From Octopus sinensis (lineage: Eukaryota), in assembly GCF_006345805.1 (NCBI RefSeq), contig NW_021832794.1, forward strand, positions 1 to 32,560: a stretch of 32,560 bases of DNA, given 5' to 3'. The position numbers and the translations under genes were made by a program. Position 1 is the first letter of the stretch, and every line of letters begins with the position of its first letter. Below the pieces are notes generated by a model that was given only the letters and a program-made list of their open reading frames with translations, was not told where the DNA came from and did no database searches. Below are positions 24,598-32,560 of the stretch, one piece after another.

Positions 24598-27500
24598 TGC
24601 TTATCTACCTACCTCTTACTTGTAATATCATATCACATTGTTAAAATTCATTGCCCTGTGAGGGCCATTTGGACCTCAATTGAAAACCACTGGTTTAGAG
24701 CATGGATCAGAAACTTCTTGCCCTTGAGTAATATTTCAGCGGCATCAAGTTTGAAACAGCTTGCACATGATGTTTCTAAAACAACCTATTTGACAATAAA
24801 AGAAATGTTTAATCCCTGAGACTAATGTAAATTGAATAGCTATGAATCAATAAAATTAAGATTCATTATTCTCTCAGCATGTTCGTATCCCTACAAGTTC
24901 TGATGTACTTGCAATTCTACCCTGGTACAAAGAAGGTTCCCCACTTTTGATTTTGTGAAAAGCTATTGACTTGATTTGTTTTATCAGATGATCAAATTTG
25001 TTTAACCAACTTATGAAAATATGATAACTTAAATGGTATTTGGCATGTAACCAATATATAACCAGCATAAGAGAAATGGATAACTTATTTGCTTCTGTCA
25101 TGAAAATCTTGCCATATTGCTATTGAATATTTTCTGTTTTATTTCTGCCAGTAGCTTGTTTGCGTTAACACATTTATTAGTAATGAAAGTGAAACATTAA
25201 ATAAAAGAAAAATTACAAATCTAGTGAGAAAGGTAGAAGTGATAAAACTAAATACATTAGACTAGCAAAATCTATTTCATATTCAAAATGGCTTCCAGGT
25301 TCCTCATAAAAAACAGTTCTGTAATGGAACATGAAAGAAATGGAAAAGTAAAGTGACAATTATTGCTGGTGACAAAAATTCATAATACGCCATAATAGTT
25401 GGTAGGTTTAGTCTGAGAGGTTTGTAAAGAGATTAAAAATAAAAATCATAATAATAGATATAGGAAATTGGGTCAATATATCCTGCTTAAAATATTGGAA
25501 CTGATAAAGACTAGAAAATAAAAAGATAAACAAAATGCTTTAATGATTGAATTATAGTTATAAATTTTGTCCTAAAGCTTAATGGATTTGGTTGCTTTAA
25601 AGATACAAATTATGAAGGAAAGCAAGTCTGATATTTTAAAATCACTGACATTAGCATACAGAAGAATTAACAATGGTTGGTAGATCTAGAGTAGCTAAAG
25701 TAATAACAGAAAATAGATGTATTTATCATGAATTGATCCAAATAAATTAAAACTAATATCAATGTTCTTGTTAAGAATAATTTTACCATGATATTCAACA
25801 TATTAGGGTCATGAAATATCAGTCAGGATTTGAAAAGACACTTAGTTTGAATCTTGTCAGGATTGTCTTTGTTAACCTTTGGATGATCTGGAAAGATGAA
25901 GTAAAATGTGGGATGTTAAATTCAGGGAGGTTATTATTGATTCTTCTCTCTTGAATAGGGTTTCTTCATAAAAAAAAAAAAAAATTGTCAACATCCACAA
26001 TCTGTACCTATATGAAGAAGAAAAAGTGTGGTGCATTGTAGTAGAAAAAGCAAAGAAATATGATTATTGGACAGAAGTAATGTTTACCTTTAGCATTTTA
26101 TTCTCTTTTCCTACCTTCTCCCATCCCACCCTCTTTGAGATTTTAGTTCTGCGTTTGTGTGTGTGTGTGTGCACGCATATGTGTGTGTGTTTATTTCTAT
26201 GAATATTTATGCTAAGGAAAGAGATAGACAAGGAGAGGTAGTCTTTTATGAATAGGATTTAAGCCACAGGAGAATTTAAGCTTTGTTTCTCAATACAGTT
26301 TAAGAATGAACTGAGGAAACATTTATCAATATCATGAACATTTTGAATGACACCCTTTGTTGATCTGCTCAAAAAAATCTGTGCCAAAAGGAAAACAAAA
26401 ATAGAGTCACAAAAGTATGTATATACATACATAAAACTGTATTATTTTTGTAAAAGAAAAAGAAATAATCTTTTAGCAGCTGGAAAAATGACATTCTGAT
26501 TGGAACAAAACATCTTTCAAGTGTAAACAGTTGTATCATACGGTTGGACACTTGATAAAAATAAACTCTTCATGGATCAATGGACTTAAACAGATTGCAA
26601 CCTTTGTAGATTATGCAGTAACTGTTGGCATACTAACCTCTTAGTTTGGAGGTGTTTTGTATTAGGGGTCAACCAATTGACACACCTGCCATCCTTTAGA
26701 AGAAAAACCAAAGAAAAAAAGGAGAGAAAATCAGGACCCTCAGCTCAAAATAGGAAGGCAAAGAAGAAAAAGAGAAAAAAAACCGTTTCTAATTTAGCAT
26801 GAAAACAAAGGATGTTTTGGGAGAAGGAAGAATTATGCATTCTATTTAGTGTATGTGTGTGAGGTGGGGATATAGAAATAGATTTAGTAGGGATGGTGAA
26901 AGATGGAAAAGCTGGTTTAGTAAGATGATGAGGCCAGCAAAGCAAATCTGCAATAAGGAATGCAAATTAATAGCACTTTTGCCTTCCTAGCCCCTTTCAG
27001 AAATTCAGAAAATAAATTAACCTCATCTCTTCTTTAGAGAATCATGATATGTGTAGTGTTTACATGAAATGCTTATAGTTTGAGTCATGCATTCACTGGG
27101 ATATTACAATTACATTTTTATCCTATCATATAAACTGACAGCAGTGTTGTTAAATGCTGAAATAGCCAAGTTGATGCATCAGACAGTGTTATTGACCAGT
27201 TGCTTGATAGCTTACTTTTTGATTTCATACTCTGTCTTGGTTGACATAGCTCTTATCCTCCAAAGCTGACAAAAATGGGTATTAATATAAATTGTACACA
27301 CTGCTATATGAATGGGAAATAGCTAGACCATAACCCACACTATCAATCTGTGAAATGCCATCATCAATTTGATTAGATGTTGCCTGCCCATTAGTTAGTT
27401 ATTAAAACTAATTATGGATAATCCACAGCAATTTAGATATTAAAAAGATTTTGAAAACAGACATGAACTGAGCATTTGACTGTTGCCAAAGAGTTTATAT

Positions 27501-27699
27501 TAGAGTTTCTTTGTATAAAGATCCAGTGCTAAGAAGCAATAAGCACCAATAAGACATCAGATAAACATGAAGAATCAATATTTTCTTCTTCTAATACTGG
27601 GCAGCCTGCTTCAGAATTCTTGATAGAAGAGATATTTCACTTGTGATTTAAGAGCTGCTAATGTTCTTGTGAAAAATCAGAATATTACAACAACCTGTT

Positions 27700-27965
27700 T
27701 CAGATCTATATTTAAGAGATGAGGAATTATTTACATTATTTACATTTGACAGATATTTGTCCTCATCTTGTTTGTTGTTAACACATTTCGGCTGATATAC
27801 CCTCCAGCCTTCATCAGGTGACTTGGGAAAATTTAAAACCTGGGTTCTCATTTGTAAGGTATTTTCTGATGTTATTATTATTATTATTATTCAGGTCACT
27901 GACTGGAATCGAACTTGGAATCTTGGGGTTAGTAGCCTGCGCTCTTAACCACAACGCCATATGCC
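27700..27965 (-). mobile_element. tRNA-headed SINE 'family F' with (AAT)n spacer and hammerhead-like 3' region
   Basis: A box TGGCGTTGTGG (27959-27949), B box AGTTCGATTCC (27915-27905), (AAT)n spacer, then CTGATGA-A-GGCTG..CAGCC-GAAA (27817-27786). Confidence 0.85.
27780..27822 (-). ncRNA. Degenerate minimal type I hammerhead-ribozyme-like motif
   Basis: GUCAC-CUGAUGA-A-GGCUG(10-nt loop)CAGCC-GAAA-U-GUGUU. Both core boxes, a perfect 5-bp stem II and a partial stem I are present, but stem III and the cleavage triplet are missing in this copy. Confidence 0.55.
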
Positions 27966-28039
27966 CACAGGCATATGGCATAGTGGCTATTTTGTGAATA
28001 TAAAGCCATACTCCTGTAGGTATGAAAAATAGTAAAAAG

Positions 28040-28085
28040 AAGAGAGAGAGAGAGAGAGAGAAAGAGAAAGAGAGAGAGAGAGAGA
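28040..28085. repeat. (GA)n microsatellite
   Basis: Direct inspection. Confidence 0.9.
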
Positions 28086-28198
28086 TTGGAATTAATGCTA
28101 AATATGGTAAGCCTTTTCCTACCATTTTCTAATCAGTTGAAGTTTCTTCAGTAATGAAAGAAAAATAAATGTTAATGAGAAAACAACAACAACAACAA

Positions 28199-28417
28199 TT
28201 GTGATTTCAAATTTTGAGCTCGAGGTCATCAGTTTCAGGAGAAAGGGTAGGCTGATTAAATTGACCCCCAGTGGTCAACTGGTACTTATTTTATCAACCC
28301 TGAAAGGATGACAGGGCAAAGTTGACCTTACCAGGATTTGAACTCAACATAAAGATGGTTGAAATGCCACTAAGCATTTTGCCCAGCATGTTAATGAGTC
28401 TGTCAGCTCACCACCTT
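28199..28417 (-). mobile_element. Family E SINE, full length, flanked by (AAC)n on both sides
   Basis: actggtacttattttatcaaccctgaaaggatg...gatttgaactcaac...tgtcagctcaccacctt, with (AAC)n at 28182-28198 and 28418-28437. Confidence 0.9.
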
Positions 28418-29030
28418 AACAACAACAACAACAACAATACTAATCTTGAAATGATGACAGTAATAATTGTATCAAAAGTGCATTTGTCTTTAATGATATT
28501 GATTTTAAATCTTTAACAAGAAATAAATGGCAGAAAAATAATAAAAAAATAAATAAATAAAAATTCAGAAAACAAAGCAAAAACAATTATAATAATTTTA
28601 GTTAAACATTCTTTTTTTAAATTATGTCTTTCATTGGAATGTTTTTTCAGAAGAAGGTAACAAAAATCAAGAAGAAATCCAAAAAATAAAAAATTATAAA
28701 TCTGAATGAATGAAGATAGAGATCGAATTGGCAGAAATGGCAGGAGGAAAAGGACAATTGAAGCGAGGTTACATGAACTATTCAGAAAGAAGAATAGGAT
28801 TAAGCTGTCCAATCTGTCATTAGATTTGTTGGTATCTTATTATGTTTAACTTAGCCTTTTAAGAGTATAGCAACCTTAATTCTTCCAGTATGGCCCGATA
28901 ACATTTAAAATGTTTAGTCACCTGATGACAGATATTAAATGTGTGTGTGTGTACGTGTATATGACTGCTGTTCTAACACCAATCACTTTAAGTTTTAAGC
29001 TAAACAAGTGGTTCTCCGGTAGTATATCAA

Positions 29031-29190
29031 TCATCATCATCATCGTTTAACGGCTGTTTTCCATGCTAGCATGGGTTCGCCGGTTCGACCGGGGTCTGGG
29101 AAGCCAGGAGGCTGCACCAGGCTCCAGTCTGATCTGGCAGTGTTTCTACAGCTGGATGCCCTTCCTATTGCCAACCACTCCGTGAGTGTA
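29031..29190 (-). mobile_element. Family B SINE 3' part (subfamily variant)
   Basis: (CAT)n-cgtttaacggctgttttccatgctagcatggg...gtttctacagctggatgcccttcctattgccaaccactcc. Confidence 0.9.
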
Positions 29191-29439
29191 AGAATATTTT
29201 GGAAATGTGTGTGTGTGTGCAAAACATATGAGTCTAAAAGAAAGGGTAAAAGAGAAAAAAGTACTCCACAACAAAGGCTGAGTATTATATTTATTGAAGT
29301 TAACACTACATTTCAGAACTCTAATTTTATTGCCCCTGATCTTCTGACAGAATATGAAAAACTTTGAGATTGGAAACGGGGAAATTGAGTCATAAGATGT
29401 ATGTATGTATGTATGTATGTGTGTGTGTGTGTATGTATG

Positions 29440-29838
29440 GGCATAGGAGTGGCTGTGTGGTAAATAACTTGCTTATCAACCACATGGTTCCGGGTTCAGT
29501 CCCACTGCATGGCACCTTGGGCAAGTGTCTTCTACTATAGCCTTGGGCCGACCAAAGCCTTGTGAATGGATCTGGTAGACGGAAACTGAAAGAAGCCCGT
29601 CATATATATGTATATATATATATGTGTGTGTGTATGTTTGTGTGTCTGTGTTTGTCTCCCCAGCATCGCTTGACAACCGATGCTGGTGTGTTTACGTCCC
29701 CGTAACGTAGCAGTTCGGCAAAAGTGACCGATAGAATAAATACTAGGCTTACAAAGAGTAAGTCCTGGGATCAATTTGGTCGACTAAAGGCGGTGCTCCA
29801 GCATGGCCACAGTCAAATGACTGAAACAAGTAAAAGAG
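29440..29838 (+). mobile_element. Family A SINE, full length, in a (GTAT)n tract
   Basis: ggcataggagtggctgtgtgg...ccgggttcagtccc...ggcaccttgggcaagtgtc (CORE-like, from memory)...gactgaaacaagtaaaagag. Confidence 0.95.
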
Positions 29839-29847
29839 TATGTATGT

Positions 29848-30150
29848 GTGAGGGCACATGGCTTAGTGGTTAGGGCATTGCACTCACGGTCTAGCAATTG
29901 TGATTTCAATTCCTAGACCGGGTGGTATGTTGTGTTGTTAAGCAAAACACCTCATCTCATGTTGCTTTGCAATCACTTTGACACCTGACACATGGTACAT
30001 TGTGCACCTGTTCAGACAATGTTGATTTGATGGAGAGAGTGAGCTAATGTGCGGCACAAACATTTAACTATAACAAACAAATCATTTGTACAGATCGTTC
30101 GATAAAGCCTGAACACACATATGACATCCTCAATGGGAGATTCGATCATG
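29848..30150 (+). mobile_element. tRNA-headed SINE family D
   Basis: gtgagggcacatggcttagtggttaggg (A box), gatttcaattcc (B-box-like), and a body shared with 22937-23166. Confidence 0.8.
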
Positions 30151-30215
30151 TATGTATGATGTATGTATGAGTGTGTGTTTGCGTGTGTATATATATATGT
30201 ATGTAGATAGTTGAT

Positions 30216-30492
30216 GTGGAGGCACATGGCCTAGTGGTTAGAGCAGTGGACTCGTGGGTTCGAATCTCAGACTGGGCAATGTGTGTGTTTATGAGCAAAA
30301 CTCCAAAGCTTCATACGGCTCTGACAGAAAGTAATGGTGAATTTCTGCTGACTCTTTCGCTACAACTTTCTCTCACTCTTTCCTCCTGCATCTTGCGATG
30401 GAATGGTGTCCTGTCCAGGTGGGGAACCTATACACCAAGGAAATAGGGAAACTGGTCCTTATGAGCCAGTGTGGCTCGAGAAGGAACAAACA
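30216..30492 (+). mobile_element. tRNA-headed SINE with 15-bp target-site duplication
   Basis: A box tggcctagtgg, B box gggttcgaatc, and a perfect TSD ATGTAGATAGTTGAT (30201-30215 and 30493-30507). gcgatggaatggtgtcctgtccagg recalls V-SINE-type sequence (from memory). Confidence 0.9.
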
Positions 30493-30901
30493 ATGTAGAT
30501 AGTTGATAGAAAGCTAGATATATGCTAAAAAAAAATATCAACCCTTTTGAATTTAAACTGACCTGCTATATGTTCAAAACTGGCAAGATCCTGCTTCACA
30601 TACCTATCCTACAATGCCATCCTAAAAATAAACAATCACATCAAAATCTTAAACCCTTGAAGTAATGTATGGGAAATTCAAAACAACGTAAATAAAACAG
30701 CTTTACATTTGAGAGAGTAATCTGAATGCTAAATGGTTTAGTACTCATTACTTTGCTTAAAGCACAGTTGCAAATATAATACAATATGTATTTTGTATTC
30801 CTTTCCATGTTCATGTACAGTACACATACAGTACACTTATTTCCTAGAGCAGTGAGGTGCACCTCCTCATAGTATCTGTTTGTGACAAAATGATCTAGGC
30901 C

Positions 30902-31250
30902 TGAGAGATCTGAGACCCCGCTTTGGTCATGACTAACCATGGGATTGCACCTAGAAAGTTACACTCCGAGGCACAAGTCTGGGCATGGTTGTTTATGGAA
31001 GATCAGCAGTCACCCATGCATACCGGCCTCCCCTCTCCATGCCACCAGTGTTATCCAAGGGAAAGGCAAAGGGGCCAATACAGCTTGGCACCTGTGACGT
31101 CATAACTCATTTCTACAGCTAAGTGAACTGGAGCAATGTGAAATAAAGTGTCTTGCTCAAGAACACAGCATGCAGCCCGGTCTAGGATTCAAACTCACAA
31201 CCTTATTATCATAAGCTTGACACTCTAACCACTGAGCCATGCGCCTTCAC
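30902..31250 (-). mobile_element. tRNA-headed SINE (D-like head, different body)
   Basis: Reverse complement gtgaaggcgcatggctcagtggttagag...gagtttgaatcctagaccggg...gtgttcttgagcaagacac. A 7-bp direct repeat CTAGGCC at 30895-30901 and 31250-31256 is a likely TSD. Confidence 0.85.
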
Positions 31251-32560
31251 TAGGCCACTACCAGCTATATTCTTCAAAGTGGGTGCTGAACTGAATACTT
31301 TACACATTGGCTGGTAGGCTGATATTCTGATAGCTTGACTACATGTGGTTCTCTATATGAGACTGTATGTGGTTCTCATTGCACAAGTCAAACAAGACAA
31401 ACATTGGAACTATAATAATCTTGAGTAAAAGCTCTTGCTTTATTTATTCATGAAGGTGATTAAGCTGGTTAACACCTCACTTTCAGTGTCCTTTCTGTAG
31501 TCTAGCAGTAAAACATTGTAATTTTTTTATTCTTCAGAAAGGGGTAGGATGAAATGCAAAGGATTTTTTTTTTTTAGCCAGGTGAATGTCACAGGTGCAT
31601 CAAACCCCTTCCTCCACATCAGTCTTTGGTGATGTGATAATATCTATCGTAAAATGAAGGAAATGTTGGATCAGAATCGAATCATTTTTGCTTTGAGACT
31701 TCTGGTAGTTGGAGGTTTTGTCTGAAATGTGTGATTTTTATTTGTAGTTTGAGCAGAAGAATAAATCTGCTTGTTAAATGACACCTGATGCAACAAGTAG
31801 TCTTAGCTACGAAAAGAAATATATGTTCTTTCATAGTTGATGAGATCTGAGGAAAACTAATAGAAATAGAAAATATAAAAGGAAAAAAAATGAGAGGTAT
31901 ATAAATAAGAATTTTCTTCTTGTATGTGATGAGCACCAACTTGGTTTCTTTGAATGTGAGGCTGCTGAAGGAGCTTTTTGAAGATTAAGTGCAACCTACA
32001 ATCTAGAGACTGGTGTTTCTTCTCTGCTTCTTTGATTGGATTTGAAGTACAAAGAAAAGAATGTATAGTGAGAAATATACAATTTAAGAGGGGATAAAGC
32101 TCTTGATAATAGAAAATAGATAATTAATAACAGGAGGAGTAAATCAGACTCTTGAGTGATCAGAGCATGTGTTGCTTCTATAAAAACTTGTGGAGAAATA
32201 TTGGGAAGATAGTTGCGATACAAAATACAAAAAAAAAAAAGAAAAGATAAATAATAAAGTAAACCATATGGGCAGTGTTATAATTTGTCAAAGACGAATT
32301 ATATTAGAGCAATTTCTTTTTATTTATTGAATTTAATAGGAGAAATATTAAGCCCTTTATTTATGTGACAAAATAAGAACAGTTTGTTTACTGTTTTAGC
32401 TATGATAACCACAATATAACAAATCCTGTTTTACTTTCTGACAAACATCTCAGAATCTTGGAAATATTCCTAATTGTCAGAATGAATTCTAACTGAAAAG
32501 TCAATAACATTTACTTCATTAGGGCTATTTTCACAGCTGTCTCTGTTCTTCTGTTACGAA

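Noticed and set aside
24878-24935. Plus-strand exon-like HVRIPTSSDVLAILPWYKEG (Ig-like WYKEG)
   Set aside because: Weak donor (GTTCCC), read-through hits a stop, and other Ig residues are absent.
27900-27965. tRNA gene
   Set aside because: A and B boxes are present, but there is no complete acceptor stem and it continues into a SINE body. The same applies to the other heads.
31575-31643. Minus-strand peptide DIITSPKTDVEEGFDAPVTFTW after an AG
   Set aside because: No donor site, runs into poly-A and a stop, and has no supporting homology.
31926-31968. GTGATGA...CTGA C/D-box snoRNA candidate
   Set aside because: Only 43 nt, with no terminal stem and no later D box.

Overview
AT-rich, repeat-dominated animal DNA. 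It is most likely a coleoid cephalopod (Octopus-type SINE families, judged from memory and not database-checked). (1) Positions ~150-9650 are a very long (TA)n-based micro/minisatellite organised in blocks of variant units, and all ORFs there are artefacts. (2) A minus-strand gene has its 5' end at ~12.0-13.4 kb: a strong 3' splice site at 13155, a ~915-nt CpG-containing leader with three uAUGs, then 67 codons ending in a signal-peptide-like segment and a perfect AG|GTAAGT donor at 12038/12037. The satellite therefore probably lies in this gene's long intron. The gene cannot be named from this window. (3) Positions 13.5-32.5 kb are a patchwork of about six tRNA-headed or related SINE families, a decayed RTE-type LINE, a non-autonomous Helitron, and a hAT MITE containing a nested TTAA/piggyBac-like MITE. 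The most interesting item is a tRNA-headed SINE (27700-27965, minus) whose 3' part carries a degenerate minimal hammerhead-ribozyme core and whose 5' end has an inverted duplication, both reminiscent of Penelope-like elements. Copies of one SINE family also show a sharp CpG-retention contrast, implying a germline methylation boundary near 14 kb. No prokaryotic systems, CRISPR arrays or intact tRNA/rRNA genes are present.
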